Positions 1-11,018 are shown, counted from the first letter of the stretch. The stretch: 64,000 bases of DNA from Promethearchaeia archaeon (GCA_029856105.1 JAHQWH010000155.1:1-64000), one strand, 5' to 3'. The notes: generated from the letters alone by a model not told the origin. Made by a program: numbers and translations.

Positions 1-2
1 TA

Positions 3-236
3 GCATGGATTAAGGGAATTGGCATAATCTCGGCGAGAAAAATAATAGAAAACGCAAATGAATTACTTCAGCTAGAGAAAAGCATCCAGAAAGTTTTAGA
101 TTCAATAAAAGAAAACTTTGTGAAAAACTGTCCAAAATGCAATGGTGCTATGGTGAGCAAATATATTATTCTTGGACCTGATAGGCGATTAAAAGCAAGA
201 CAGTGTACTATATGTAAATTTTATTTACCTGAATAA
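3..236 (+). CDS. 3' part of a gene truncated by the window edge: helix-hairpin-helix plus C-terminal Zn-ribbon protein
   Basis: Hand translation of frame +3 (not in ORF track): AWIKGIGIISARKII...CPKCNG...CTICKFYLPE*; IKGIG HhH motif and two CxxC pairs; stop TAA at 234-236. Confidence 0.7.
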   Translation, partial: AWIKGIGIISARKIIENANELLQLEKSIQKVLDSIKENFVKNCPKCNGAMVSKYIILGPDRRLKARQCTICKFYLPE

Positions 237-262
237 TCCTGTTTACTTAAAAAAGTCAAGGT

Positions 263-1222
263 TTACATTCCTAATCCAAATAGAAATACAAAAGCCATAA
301 GATAAAGGAATATAAAAAATACTCCAGATTTTTTGTCCATTTTTTTTCTGACTGCTACTACAACAATTACAATTAGACTAACAACGAGCGTATATAAAAC
401 CGTAGGTACTGCTAATTCTGCTGTAACTGCTTGAGGGAAGAGGACTTGGCCAATGCCTATAGATAAAGTAGAATCAACGATACAAGAACCAACTATATCT
501 CCAATTGCTATGGAATGATGACCGTGACGAAGGGCGTGTACATCAACGACGAGTTCTGGTAGCGATGTTCCTATTGAGAGGATAAAGAAACTGATGATAT
601 ATTCGTGAATACTTAGACGTTGCGATATAAAAATAACGGAATTTACGATGATATAGGAGCCAGCCGTGACGCCGACAAAACCAATTGCAGCAAACAAAAG
701 GAGAATTTTTTTACTCTTTGTTGGTTGCGTCGTTTCTATCAATTCTACTCTATGCAATATACTCTCTTTATTCGCGTTATATATTAACCAAAAATAAATT
801 ACAAGGCTGAAAACCATAAATAGCGCGTTCAAACGAGTAATGTATCCTTTCTCAACAATAGTAAAAATCAATAATAAAGACAGAACTTCGCAAGAACCTA
901 ATATTATTATGTCCTTTCTATTAACATGAAATGCACCACAAATTAGTGGTAGAAGTCCAAAAACTAAAGTGAGTTGCGTGAGATCTGAGCCAACAGAATC
1001 TCCTACATCAATATCTCCGTGACCTAAAGAACAGGAAATAATTGAATTAAAAATTTCAGAAATATCTGTTCCTATTGATACTAAAGTCACTCCAATTATT
1101 AACGGTGATATCCCTAAAGCTGTTGCAAGTAATGCTGAGTTTTTTACGGCAAAGCTACTAGAGAAGATTATAATAGCAACTCCCCCTATGAGAATAATAA
1201 ACGCTAAGATTATATCAATCAT
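263..1222 (-). CDS. Cation:Ca2+ antiporter (CaCA/YrbG family)
   Basis: Two alpha-repeats (SIGTDISE, SIGTSLPE; GDSVGS, GDIVGS), ~10 hydrophobic segments. Confidence 0.9.
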   Translation of the reverse strand: MIDIILAFIILIGGVAIIIFSSSFAVKNSALLATALGISPLIIGVTLVSIGTDISEIFNSIISCSLGHGDIDVGDSVGSDLTQLTLVFGLLPLICGAFHVNRKDIIILGSCEVLSLLLIFTIVEKGYITRLNALFMVFSLVIYFWLIYNANKESILHRVELIETTQPTKSKKILLLFAAIGFVGVTAGSYIIVNSVIFISQRLSIHEYIISFFILSIGTSLPELVVDVHALRHGHHSIAIGDIVGSCIVDSTLSIGIGQVLFPQAVTAELAVPTVLYTLVVSLIVIVVVAVRKKMDKKSGVFFIFLYLMAFVFLFGLGM

Positions 1223-1512
1223 TAAATTACATCCTCTATATAATATACTCAGTTGTATCGTAAATCCCTAAATAGAATTAATCGAGAAATATTAGCCAAG
1301 ATTATCTGTCTAACTTGAATTAGTGTCTTAAAACCTTTTTGAATAATTGAAATCGCTGCTTAATTTTCGAGATTAATTGAATAAATACTCAAATTATTTG
1401 TACAATTCATCTATTTAACTGTAAATTATAAATATTATCTTTTTTCTTGGTAAAAATAACTTTATTAAAAATTAACTTTAATTTCAGTAAAAATTTCTCG
1501 ATTTTATTTCTT

Positions 1513-2265
1513 TCATAGTCTTTGGATTAATTCTGACATTAATTCTCCTCCGCTACCTCTTAAAAATATATCAGCTATATCATCCATTGCGGTACGCTCT
1601 CGATTTACGAAGATTACTTTTGCCCCACTTTCTTTCGCGATGGAAGGTAAAAAACTTGCGGGGGATACAGTTAAAGAGCTTCCTACCATCAGAAAACAAT
1701 CACAAGACCTACAGGCGTTCATTGCTCTTTCTATCACGCTTGAGCGCAATGGTTCTCCAAATAGCACTACTTTTGGTTTTATATATCCACTACATTCACA
1801 AACTGGATATTTTAAGTTCTTAGTCTCAACTTCCTCAAAAAGAAATTCTTTTTTACACCTAATACATTCTAACTTTTCATAAGAACCATGTAATTCGTAA
1901 ATTGGTATATTATTATAAGTTCCACTTCCCGCACGTTGATGTAGTGCGTCTATATTTTGAGTGATTATTGCAATCATTTTCCCAAGTTTTTCCAGCTCAA
2001 CAACCGCATAATGAATTGGATTCGGCTTCGCATTAACTACAATATCTACTAATTCGTTGTGCATGGTCCAGAACTTGCTCGGGTCTTCCAGAAAGTAGTG
2101 GTAGCTCGCATAAATTGAAGGATCGTAGCGAGACCACAAGCCTCCCTCGCTTCTAAAATCTGCGATCCCCGATTCAGTTGAAGCTCCTGCTCCCGTAAAC
2201 ACAACGATTTTCTCGGAATTCCTTACGATTTCAGTGGCTTCAATTAAATTTTTTTCATCAATCAT
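1513..2265 (-). CDS. cobB: Sir2-family NAD-dependent protein deacylase
   Basis: GAGASTESGIADFR, TQNIDALHQRAG, ELHGS, Zn-binding Cys pairs, GSSLTVSPA. Confidence 0.95.
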   Translation of the reverse strand: MIDEKNLIEATEIVRNSEKIVVFTGAGASTESGIADFRSEGGLWSRYDPSIYASYHYFLEDPSKFWTMHNELVDIVVNAKPNPIHYAVVELEKLGKMIAIITQNIDALHQRAGSGTYNNIPIYELHGSYEKLECIRCKKEFLFEEVETKNLKYPVCECSGYIKPKVVLFGEPLRSSVIERAMNACRSCDCFLMVGSSLTVSPASFLPSIAKESGAKVIFVNRERTAMDDIADIFLRGSGGELMSELIQRL

Positions 2266-2283
2266 TAAATCATTATTAGTTAT

Positions 2284-2970
2284 CTAAAAGTTATAAAAAT
2301 TATTTTTATCTTTTAATTTGAAAGAACCAAACCGTTCTCTTCTTCTATTTCTTATAGCTAAACTTTGCCATTTCATATCATGCATAAAAAATTGAGTTTT
2401 ATGTAGTTTCAAAGCGTTATACACCTTAAATCTCAAATTCCCTATTCGTATTTTTACTAGATTTTCATCTTGAGCTTTTAAAGGATTATATAAAGCGTAT
2501 ACATAAAATTCCAGGCTTTTTAGATTCAGTTCTTCAGCTACTTTAACTGCAATTTCATAAGTTGCCTGATGATCTGGATGATTATTATTAGCACTGGGAA
2601 TTACAAATCTATCAGCATCTTCTAAAATATCTTTAATTTTATCAACCGCTTCTTCTATATACTTGCTTAATTCTTGATCAAAAAATTTCAAAAAGTGTCT
2701 ATTTTCCTTTTTAATTCCCAAAAACTCACCAGCAGCATCTGCCTCATCTAATCTCGTTTTAGCCAATTTATCTTCAGAGATTCTAGTAGCTTCACAATCT
2801 TCAAGATCACCAATGATTTTTGGTTTTCTATAACAAGCTCTACCATCCGTAAGCCAAATAATATGAACATTATGACCCTCATTAAGCCATGTCAGAATAG
2901 AGCCTCCTGCACCATAAGATTCATCATCAGGATGAGGTGCAAAAATAACTATCTTCAATATAAACTCCAA
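2284..2970 (-). CDS. PIG-L/LmbE family deacetylase
   Basis: APHPDDE and HPDH motifs. Confidence 0.9.
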   Translation of the reverse strand: MEFILKIVIFAPHPDDESYGAGGSILTWLNEGHNVHIIWLTDGRACYRKPKIIGDLEDCEATRISEDKLAKTRLDEADAAGEFLGIKKENRHFLKFFDQELSKYIEEAVDKIKDILEDADRFVIPSANNNHPDHQATYEIAVKVAEELNLKSLEFYVYALYNPLKAQDENLVKIRIGNLRFKVYNALKLHKTQFFMHDMKWQSLAIRNRRRERFGSFKLKDKNNFYNF

Positions 2971-3172
2971 ATTAAGTTTTAAATAGTACTTTGACTAAGA
3001 ATATAATTAAATTTGTAATAAAAGTTTTTAAAATTTCAACAATAGACAAGTACAAGAAAGTAAATTTCGAGGTTAATTAAACAATATTTAAAAATCTTTA
3101 AAGATATATTCAATAAACATTTTTTTTAAAAATTATTTTGAAGGGGATATTAAAAAATAGGAGAAATAAGAT

Positions 3173-4615
3173 ATGACAAAAGAATTAAAAGCTAGTAAAA
3201 AAAAGAAAAATGCAAACTCTAAAAAAATCATGGCTTCATATGGCTCCCGTGAATTACTTGCTCAATGGATTGTTGCTTCGTTCGGTTTCACGGTGTTCTT
3301 CTTTTATGAGAACGTTATAGGATTACCGACATTGATGGCGATGTGGGCTTTTGTGATTTATAGTATTTGGAATGCGATAAATGATCCTTTAGTTGGTTGG
3401 TTAATGGAAAAGATTCATATGCCATGGGAAAAAAAAGGATTGAAACGCTTTCCATGGATTATGATTGGTGTTATCCCTTGGTTAATTTCTTTTTTATTTA
3501 TATATTTAGTACCGACTGATTGGTATGGCTCAGCTTCAGTAGTTCAAGCGCACCAATTTCAAATTTTTGCGTGGTACGTCGTAACTTTATGTATTTATGA
3601 TACATGTTATACTCTATTTGATGTTAATGTAATATCTCTTTATCCTGACAAATTTAGCGAAGCAAAGGAGCGAAGAACTGTTCAAGGGTTTGGAACAATT
3701 TTAGGAATAACTGGACTTGTTCTCGCGTTTATTCTCCCATCGGTTTTATTCATTGATACTTTTGTAGCTGAAACTTATGTCCAAGCAGCAACATTCAGCA
3801 TCATAGTGGGGTTTGCTCTTTTTCTTCTCGTAATTCCAGGTGTAAGGGAAAATCAAAAACTTAAAGAACTATATGCAAAAAGAAAAGAAGCCGGAGAAGA
3901 ACAAGAGGTAGAACCATTCTTTAAGTCGACCGGACGGGTGCTTAGAGATCGAACATTTATGATGAAGGTAATTTTTTTTTTTGGATACCAAGTAGGTGCA
4001 GTAATGATTCAAACATCAGCATTATACATCTCCACATACATTTTAGGAATGTCAGATGAAGCTATTATATATCTTTTAGGATCTATGCTTTTAGGAGCAC
4101 TCGTTTCGACCCCATTATGGACATTTTTTGCTCATAAAATAGATGATAATAGAAAAATGAGCATAGTAGCAGGTATTCTTTTGTTTATTACATTCTTACC
4201 AATGATATTTATTTTGGAACTAATTCCTTGGATGATTGCTCTTTTTTTCTTTGGAATTGGAATTGGTGGCCACTGGTACATTGATCTACCAACAATGGGT
4301 GACGTTCTAGACGATATAGCCGTGAGGACAGGTAAAAGCCAGCAAGCGATATATTACGGTTTTCAATCGTTCTTTATTAAATTTGGTCAAACATTTATCT
4401 CAATATCAATAGCATTAAGTCATGTAATGACAGGTTATGTAGAAGGAGCGCCAACACAATCACCTTTAGCACTATTTGGGATAAGAATTCACACTGCAAT
4501 TGTTCCAGCTATTTTGGTTCTTATTACAGTACTTTTATTTTGGAAATTTTATAAATTAACTCCTGACAGAGTAGCTAAAAATAAGGAAAAATTAGCTGAA
4601 ATGGATCTTAGATAA
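3173..4615 (+). CDS. MFS transporter, GPH (MelB-like) glycoside symporter family
   Basis: WNAINDPLVG motif, KRFPWI, ~12 TM segments. Confidence 0.9.
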   Translation: MTKELKASKKKKNANSKKIMASYGSRELLAQWIVASFGFTVFFFYENVIGLPTLMAMWAFVIYSIWNAINDPLVGWLMEKIHMPWEKKGLKRFPWIMIGVIPWLISFLFIYLVPTDWYGSASVVQAHQFQIFAWYVVTLCIYDTCYTLFDVNVISLYPDKFSEAKERRTVQGFGTILGITGLVLAFILPSVLFIDTFVAETYVQAATFSIIVGFALFLLVIPGVRENQKLKELYAKRKEAGEEQEVEPFFKSTGRVLRDRTFMMKVIFFFGYQVGAVMIQTSALYISTYILGMSDEAIIYLLGSMLLGALVSTPLWTFFAHKIDDNRKMSIVAGILLFITFLPMIFILELIPWMIALFFFGIGIGGHWYIDLPTMGDVLDDIAVRTGKSQQAIYYGFQSFFIKFGQTFISISIALSHVMTGYVEGAPTQSPLALFGIRIHTAIVPAILVLITVLLFWKFYKLTPDRVAKNKEKLAEMDLR

Positions 4616-4620
4616 ATAAT

Positions 4621-4642
4621 TTCATTTTATTTTTTTTTTTTT
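4621..4642 (+). terminator. Oligo-T archaeal terminator candidate
   Basis: Long T run immediately after the stop of the GPH transporter. Confidence 0.45.
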
Positions 4643-4918
4643 CATTAATTATGATTGATTTAATATAAGAATAAAAGTAATAAATAAAATTAGGGAAATA
4701 TAAATATATAAAAAAGAACTACAACATTGATATTTACATATTTCACGCTTTAGGAAGAAAAATCATACGAGGAGAGACTGGTAAAAAACTCTTACTTTCT
4801 TCCAAAATAGCAAATTATTAATATTTCTAATTAATAGCTTTTAATTAATTCTATAACAATTTATGTAATATTTAGCAATTTCATAAAATTTCGATTCCCT
4901 AACAATTTATTTTAAGGT

Positions 4919-7513
4919 GTGATAAAAATTATTGAAATTATTGATAATGCAAGTGAGAGAATAAAAAGGATTAGAAGCAGATTCCTTGATGATGTTCCTA
5001 TAATTTCCATAGAGCGAGCTCAACTTTATACAGAAAAATGGAATGAAACTGAAAATAAGGGCTACCCTCTTGGTGTTAGAGTTGCTCTTTCAATGAAGAA
5101 TGTTCTTGAAAATATGACTATCTATATAGATCCTGATGATCGAATTGCAGGAAAATGGACAGAAAATTTTATCGGAATACCTATTGACATAGAACGTGGA
5201 ATATGGAACAATGTTTTTGAAGTTGAAATTGATGCAAAAACAATGAATAAGTATATGAAAGAAAGCAATAAGAACTATATGTCATATATGATAAATAAAA
5301 TTGGACCTGATGGTCTTCGTGAATTACTTGAAAATACTAAAAAAATTGGTGCTCCTATTACAACTCTTGGAACTGATACTCTTGATAAAAGAAAAATCAA
5401 TCCATATCAAATTCGAGAAGAAGATAAAAAAATTCTATTGGAAGAACTTATTCCTCATTGGAAAAATAAAACACTCTCTGATATTCTAGAGAAAGAGTAT
5501 GCTAATTCTGATGTATATACAGGTGAATCGTATGAATTTTTAACTCACCTACCTTTAAAAACAGCTCAAAATGATATAGTTATATCCCCCTGTGCGGTGA
5601 TTGCTGAATGGCAAGGCCATTTAGTTCTTGATTTTGAAACGGTCTTAAAAAAAGGACTCTTAAATATGCAGAAGGAAGTCCAGGATGAGATCGAAAAAAA
5701 TAAGGATTTAACCGATGAACAAAAAGATTTCTTAAGGTCTATTGAAATAACACTTGAGGCTGTATTGATTTTTTCGCGTAGATTGGCAGAAAAGGTAAAA
5801 GAAGAATTAAATAAGACTACCAATGTTGATCGAAAAAAGGTACTTTCAGATATGTATGAAACATGTAAAAGAATCCCAAATTTTCCTCCAACTACACTTC
5901 GTGAAGCAATACAAACGTTTTGGATTGTTAAATCAACTGTTGATTTAACCTTACCCTTTAATGTGCATGGTCCAGGTCGTTCAGATCAACTCTTTTATCC
6001 TTTTTACCAATCAGACATTGAAAAAGGTCTTATCACTCGAGAAGAAGCGCGTGAATTATTTGAAGAGTTAGTTCTGAATATAATGAGTCATAATATCCGT
6101 CCTTATTCTAACGCTGTGAGTGATTTTAGCCAGCGATTTGAAGGTTCAGAACCAGTGACAGTAGGGGGCTTAAATGAAGAGGGAGAAGATGCCACAAACG
6201 AACTCACTTATGTAATTTTAGAAGCAGCAGACAGATCAAAAGCCGCTCTTAATTTTGCGGTTCGTTTTCATGATAAAACTCCTGAAGAACTATATATGAA
6301 GGTTGCTGAAATCCAATACAATGGATATTCAAGTATATCTATATTAAATGATAATGTATGTATTGAAGCATTAAAGAAACGAGGAATTAGAGAAAAAGAT
6401 GCAAATGCTTATTCAATCACTGGATGTGTAGACATGTGCAGTCCAGGTAAAACAGGAGGAATTGGTTTTTCGGCTCTTTTACTGTGTAGAACTTTAGATA
6501 TGACTCTTCGAAATGGCAACTGCTTAACAATAGGGGGTTTAGTAAATGATGTAGGATTAAAGACAGGAAATCCAGATAACTTTAATACATTCGACGAATT
6601 TCTCGATGCTTTTTCCCAACAAATAAATTTTGTTATTAAGAAAATTGTAGAAGCCACTACTATACGTGATAAACTATTTGCCAATTCTTATCCAGCACCT
6701 TTCATATCTGCATTTATGCGAGGATGCTTTAAAAACAAAAAAGATGTAACTCAAGGAGGTGCTTTTTACGATGCGGAAGGAATTCTTATAATGAATAGTA
6801 TTGCAAATATGGTTGATTCATTATATGTAATAAAAAAACTCATCTTTGAGCAAAAAAAATTCAATTTTAAAGATTTGATACAAGCAATTGATAAAAATTT
6901 CACTGATAATTACCAATTAATCCATAAACTGATTTTGGACCTTGATGGAAAATGGGGGAATGGAAACCCAGAATGTGACGAACTTGCTCGAGAAGTTACC
7001 ACACGGATATTTGAAGAAACTTATAAGTATAAAACTTATAGAGGTGGAGTTTATGCTCCCTTTGTTATTTCAATGACTTCTCACACATATGATGGGCGAA
7101 TAGGTATCGCAACGCCAGATGGTAGACTTGCAGGAAAACCATTTGCAGCAAGCTGTAATCCATACAATGTTGAGAAAAATGGACCAACTGGCGTCATTCG
7201 ATCAGTAGCTGCTCTTGATTTTCAGCATGTTTGCGGTTGTGCAGTTAACATACGAATGCATCCGTCTGGGATTGGAAAAACAAGAGAAACTAGAAAAAAG
7301 TGGATTTCTCTTATAAAAACTTACTTTAGTTTAGGAGGTCAACAGCTTCAACCTACGGTTGTATCTACAGAAGTGTTAAAAGCAGCCCAGCAAAACCCAG
7401 TACCATATAGAAATATAGTTGTTAAAGTTGGAGGTTACTCCGCTTATTTCACTGACTTAGGAAAGGAAATTCAAGAGGAGATCATTTCTAGAACAGAACA
7501 TACTAGGGTTTAA
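4919..7513 (+). CDS. Glycyl radical enzyme (PFL2/glycerol-dehydratase-like superfamily), substrate unknown
   Basis: ISIERA N-terminal motif, GRSDQ, Cys loop TGCVD, ATPDGR, C-terminal Gly loop VKVGGYS, QEEIISRT; activase adjacent. Start may be ATT at 4928. Confidence 0.92.
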   Translation: MIKIIEIIDNASERIKRIRSRFLDDVPIISIERAQLYTEKWNETENKGYPLGVRVALSMKNVLENMTIYIDPDDRIAGKWTENFIGIPIDIERGIWNNVFEVEIDAKTMNKYMKESNKNYMSYMINKIGPDGLRELLENTKKIGAPITTLGTDTLDKRKINPYQIREEDKKILLEELIPHWKNKTLSDILEKEYANSDVYTGESYEFLTHLPLKTAQNDIVISPCAVIAEWQGHLVLDFETVLKKGLLNMQKEVQDEIEKNKDLTDEQKDFLRSIEITLEAVLIFSRRLAEKVKEELNKTTNVDRKKVLSDMYETCKRIPNFPPTTLREAIQTFWIVKSTVDLTLPFNVHGPGRSDQLFYPFYQSDIEKGLITREEARELFEELVLNIMSHNIRPYSNAVSDFSQRFEGSEPVTVGGLNEEGEDATNELTYVILEAADRSKAALNFAVRFHDKTPEELYMKVAEIQYNGYSSISILNDNVCIEALKKRGIREKDANAYSITGCVDMCSPGKTGGIGFSALLLCRTLDMTLRNGNCLTIGGLVNDVGLKTGNPDNFNTFDEFLDAFSQQINFVIKKIVEATTIRDKLFANSYPAPFISAFMRGCFKNKKDVTQGGAFYDAEGILIMNSIANMVDSLYVIKKLIFEQKKFNFKDLIQAIDKNFTDNYQLIHKLILDLDGKWGNGNPECDELAREVTTRIFEETYKYKTYRGGVYAPFVISMTSHTYDGRIGIATPDGRLAGKPFAASCNPYNVEKNGPTGVIRSVAALDFQHVCGCAVNIRMHPSGIGKTRETRKKWISLIKTYFSLGGQQLQPTVVSTEVLKAAQQNPVPYRNIVVKVGGYSAYFTDLGKEIQEEIISRTEHTRV

Positions 7514-7521
7514 ACATTTAA

Positions 7522-8430
7522 ATGAAAGGTATAGTATTTGACATTCAAAATTATGCAATATATGATGGACCTGGTATTAGAACTATAATTTTTTTGAAAG
7601 GATGCCCTCTAAAGTGTGAGTGGTGCCAAAATCCAGAATCACAAAAACTTAATCCTCAAATATCTTATTTTAAAGAGAAATGTCAACTATGTGAAATTTG
7701 CATTAATGCGTGCCCTAATAATGCCCTTCAGTTATTAAATGACGAAATTAAGAGAGATAAAACCCTCTGTACTACATGTGGAATTTGCTCTGAAATGTGC
7801 CCGAACCAAGTGATGGAGATTATCGGTAGGAATATCTCCGTCGAAGAACTAGTAGAAATTGTATTAAGGGATAAACCCTTTTACGATAATTCTGGTGGAG
7901 GTGTAACTATTTCCGGGGGAGAACCTACGATGCAAATAAATTTTCTTTTAGAACTACTTAAAGTATTAAAAAAACAAGGGATACACACTGCAATAGAAAC
8001 ATGTGGGTATTTTAATGAAGATTTAATCGGCGAATTAGTTAAATACATAGATTTATTTCTATTTGATATCAAATTGATTGATAATGAAAAGCATAAGGAA
8101 TTTACTGATGTATCTAATGAAAAGATTCTCACAAATTTCTCTAAAATTCTCTCTAAAGTAGGGAGTGAAAGAATCATTCCTCGCATCCCTTTAATCCCGG
8201 GAGTTAATACAGATGTAAGTACAATTCAACATATAATAACCTTTTTACATGAAATTAATTATTATGGTCAAATACATTTAATGCCTTATAACAAATTAAC
8301 AAAAACAAAGTATCAGAAAGTTGGAATGGGAGATTTATATAAGGATATGGGAGATTTAAACGATGAAAATTTAAATGAAATCACTAAGCTGTTTGAACAA
8401 CATTCCTATGATGTTATTATAAATCATTAA
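7522..8430 (+). CDS. Glycyl-radical activating enzyme (radical SAM with ferredoxin insertion)
   Basis: DGPGIRT, GCPLKCEWCQNPES, two CxxCxxCxxxC clusters, SGGEP. Confidence 0.95.
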   Translation: MKGIVFDIQNYAIYDGPGIRTIIFLKGCPLKCEWCQNPESQKLNPQISYFKEKCQLCEICINACPNNALQLLNDEIKRDKTLCTTCGICSEMCPNQVMEIIGRNISVEELVEIVLRDKPFYDNSGGGVTISGGEPTMQINFLLELLKVLKKQGIHTAIETCGYFNEDLIGELVKYIDLFLFDIKLIDNEKHKEFTDVSNEKILTNFSKILSKVGSERIIPRIPLIPGVNTDVSTIQHIITFLHEINYYGQIHLMPYNKLTKTKYQKVGMGDLYKDMGDLNDENLNEITKLFEQHSYDVIINH

Positions 8431-8460
8431 AATAAAAATAAATTAGTTTTTCTACTTCTT

Positions 8461-9507
8461 TTACCAACGCCAATAAATGTCTTCAGCGTGTCCTAACATC
8501 TTTTCAATACGAATCTTTTCTCCATTATCTAAAATTAAATCACCAGAATAAAAACCATGCATCAAAGATGAGTTAAGATAAATTAATCCAAAATTCATTT
8601 TTTCGCGATGTGATATGATAGGTTCCAAAACCATATTAAACCTATTATCGTTGCTCGTAAACTTCCAGGGCATTGTAGGATCTCTGTTTTTGTGATGAAA
8701 TATAACCTCATCAATTTTATGAGCTTTTCCATCGTAGAAAATGATGTTTTCCGTATGGGTTGCCCCTTCTTTACTACCGACTGAACCGAAACCATAGCCA
8801 ATGTTAAAAGCAACTGGTACTCCAGAGACAAGGCCGCAGCCAGAACCCCAGAGCCAATGCGTTTTATAAGGCCATATCCCGCGTCCCCAATCCATGAGGC
8901 CAAAAGATGTTTCAGGTTCAAAACCATATGATTTATCACCAATAGTAATAGAGCCTTCTGCAGGCATGTAGTTAATCTTATGGTTATAGTAAAACAACTT
9001 TGGGTCGTCATACCCAGTAACGACCACAGTATTATCCATTTTTTGGTCGTCATGGAGTGTAATTGAACCTTTTATCCCCTTATTTTGAAAGGAGGGGTCG
9101 TCAATAGTAAGAATTCGTTTATTGCCTTGTTTCGAGATAGTAGCGTTAAATTTTTTGGTTGGAAACTCAATCACGCTGTCTTCTAAAGAGTTTAAGGGAA
9201 GAACTTTAGATTTTGTAAAGAATTTAAACAAGCCTTTGCCATCTCTTTTAATGTTTTTAAAATCGAGCCATACATAACTCATTTGAGTCAAATACCCTAT
9301 ATCTCCTATAGTTAACTGAAATCCAAAGTCCTTGTTTAACACAGAAAAATGGTCCCATTCTTTTATTCTCGTCCAACCTTTACCTATTTTTTCCTTATTG
9401 TATTTTAATAAAGGTTTTCTTGCCCATCCGCGTTGAACAAGCGAACCATCGTCGTTAAATAGGTTTGAGGGTTCTATTATCTCATTTTGATTACCCATAT
9501 CTTTCAC
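8461..9507 (-). CDS. DUF2804-family protein
   Basis: KEWDHF, DWGRGIWP, FNIGYGFG, GHAE motifs. Confidence 0.75.
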   Translation of the reverse strand: MKDMGNQNEIIEPSNLFNDDGSLVQRGWARKPLLKYNKEKIGKGWTRIKEWDHFSVLNKDFGFQLTIGDIGYLTQMSYVWLDFKNIKRDGKGLFKFFTKSKVLPLNSLEDSVIEFPTKKFNATISKQGNKRILTIDDPSFQNKGIKGSITLHDDQKMDNTVVVTGYDDPKLFYYNHKINYMPAEGSITIGDKSYGFEPETSFGLMDWGRGIWPYKTHWLWGSGCGLVSGVPVAFNIGYGFGSVGSKEGATHTENIIFYDGKAHKIDEVIFHHKNRDPTMPWKFTSNDNRFNMVLEPIISHREKMNFGLIYLNSSLMHGFYSGDLILDNGEKIRIEKMLGHAEDIYWRW

Positions 9508-9620
9508 TTTAAATTTGTTTAAGAATATTAATATTTCGAGTTTCGAGAAAATAAAGTTTTTTGTTTGTGTGTTTTGTTTGTTTTTCCTACTGCTAAAAAT
9601 TGTAAAAAAATTATGTAATA

Positions 9621-11018
9621 TTATTCTATTTGCTGACAGATACGGTCTATTTTTTCGATTGTTCCGTCTACAATTTCGTCAGAGTGGAGAATACACATGT
9701 AAAATCTACTTCCAGCTACGGAAATTATTTCTTGATCCACTAAAGCGGCACCCATATATTCCATAAACTTTTTCCTTAACGGGAGTTGCCCTACCTGGTC
9801 AGAAATGTCAAAACTTAAACCAAAAAGGCACGAAGTATGAAAGTGAACTGTACCACCAAGATTATATGAAAACCACGGTAATTCATATTTAGCGAAAACT
9901 TCATTTAGTCCATTTGCTAATCGGGCTCCTGCCTTTCCAGCCTTTTCCGTTGCACCCGTTTCCTCAACTAACTTCATTGCATGATAAGCAGCGGCACATG
10001 TTAAAGGATTTGCTGCTATTGTCCCTCCACTATAAGCTCTTTTGCCACCACCTACTCCTGCTGCACAAAAGCGCATTATCTCTTCCTTTCCACCAATCGC
10101 GGCTGCAGAAGGATATCCATGTCCTACAATTTTCCCAAAAACAGACAAATCAGGAGTATAACCGTAATATGCTTGACCCCCACCCATATGCAACCTAAAA
10201 GCGCACACAACTTCGTCTGAAATCAATAATGCTCCATTTTCATGGCACAATTCTTCTATTTCTTTATTGAAACCAGGTCTTACGGGATTGGCTCCTGACT
10301 CGCCCCCCATAGGTTCGATGATTACGGCAGCTACTTTGCGCTTCTCCTTAAACATCTTGCGCAATACATCAATGTCGTTGGGAGGGCAGGAATCCATCCA
10401 TTTATATATAGATTTTGGAATCCCATGTGATTCTAATAATTTTGTACCGGGCACATGCATGTCGTAAACCAATTGATCTGACCATCCGTGATAACTGCCA
10501 CCTATTTTAATAACCCATTTACGATTTGTAGCAACTCTGGCAATCCTTATAGCAAGCATATCAGCTTCTGTTCCTGTTTGGAGCCATCTTATAACTTCAC
10601 AAGATGGAAAATGTTTCTGAAGTTCTTCAGCAGCAAGATATTCGTATTCGTTAGTTATTCCATGACATGGTCCAATATCCCTAATAACTTCGATAACCTT
10701 TTCCGTCAAAACCGGATGATTATGACCAAGGATAATTGGTCCTCCGTCCATTAAATAGTCAGTTAGAACGATATCATCAACAGTCTCCATGTAACAGTCA
10801 AAAACGCGCTTACTAGCTAAGGGAAAGGGATAATTAAAAGCGAGATTATGTTCAACCCCTCCGGGTATGATTTTCCTAGCTCTTTCAAAAGCCTCTTTAG
10901 ATTTCTTGTGATTTTTTTCGTATCTCTCAACGATTCCCTTCAATTCATCGGGTTTAAATTTGCTAATAGGCAAATCAACAATATTTTTAATTTTAGCTAT
11001 TTTTTCCTCATATTCCAT
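9621..11018 (-). CDS. Class III PLP aminotransferase (glutamate-1-semialdehyde aminomutase-like)
   Basis: IPGGV, GPIILGH, GTEA, GSYHG, ISDEV, FGK (PLP lysine), GGTIAANP. Confidence 0.88.
   Translation of the reverse strand: MEYEEKIAKIKNIVDLPISKFKPDELKGIVERYEKNHKKSKEAFERARKIIPGGVEHNLAFNYPFPLASKRVFDCYMETVDDIVLTDYLMDGGPIILGHNHPVLTEKVIEVIRDIGPCHGITNEYEYLAAEELQKHFPSCEVIRWLQTGTEADMLAIRIARVATNRKWVIKIGGSYHGWSDQLVYDMHVPGTKLLESHGIPKSIYKWMDSCPPNDIDVLRKMFKEKRKVAAVIIEPMGGESGANPVRPGFNKEIEELCHENGALLISDEVVCAFRLHMGGGQAYYGYTPDLSVFGKIVGHGYPSAAAIGGKEEIMRFCAAGVGGGKRAYSGGTIAANPLTCAAAYHAMKLVEETGATEKAGKAGARLANGLNEVFAKYELPWFSYNLGGTVHFHTSCLFGLSFDISDQVGQLPLRKKFMEYMGAALVDQEIISVAGSRFYMCILHSDEIVDGTIEKIDRICQQIE

Noticed and set aside
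1276-1378. Imperfect inverted repeat (AATTAATC.../...GATTAATT) suggesting a MITE
   Set aside because: AT-rich, short, no second copy or target-site duplication seen
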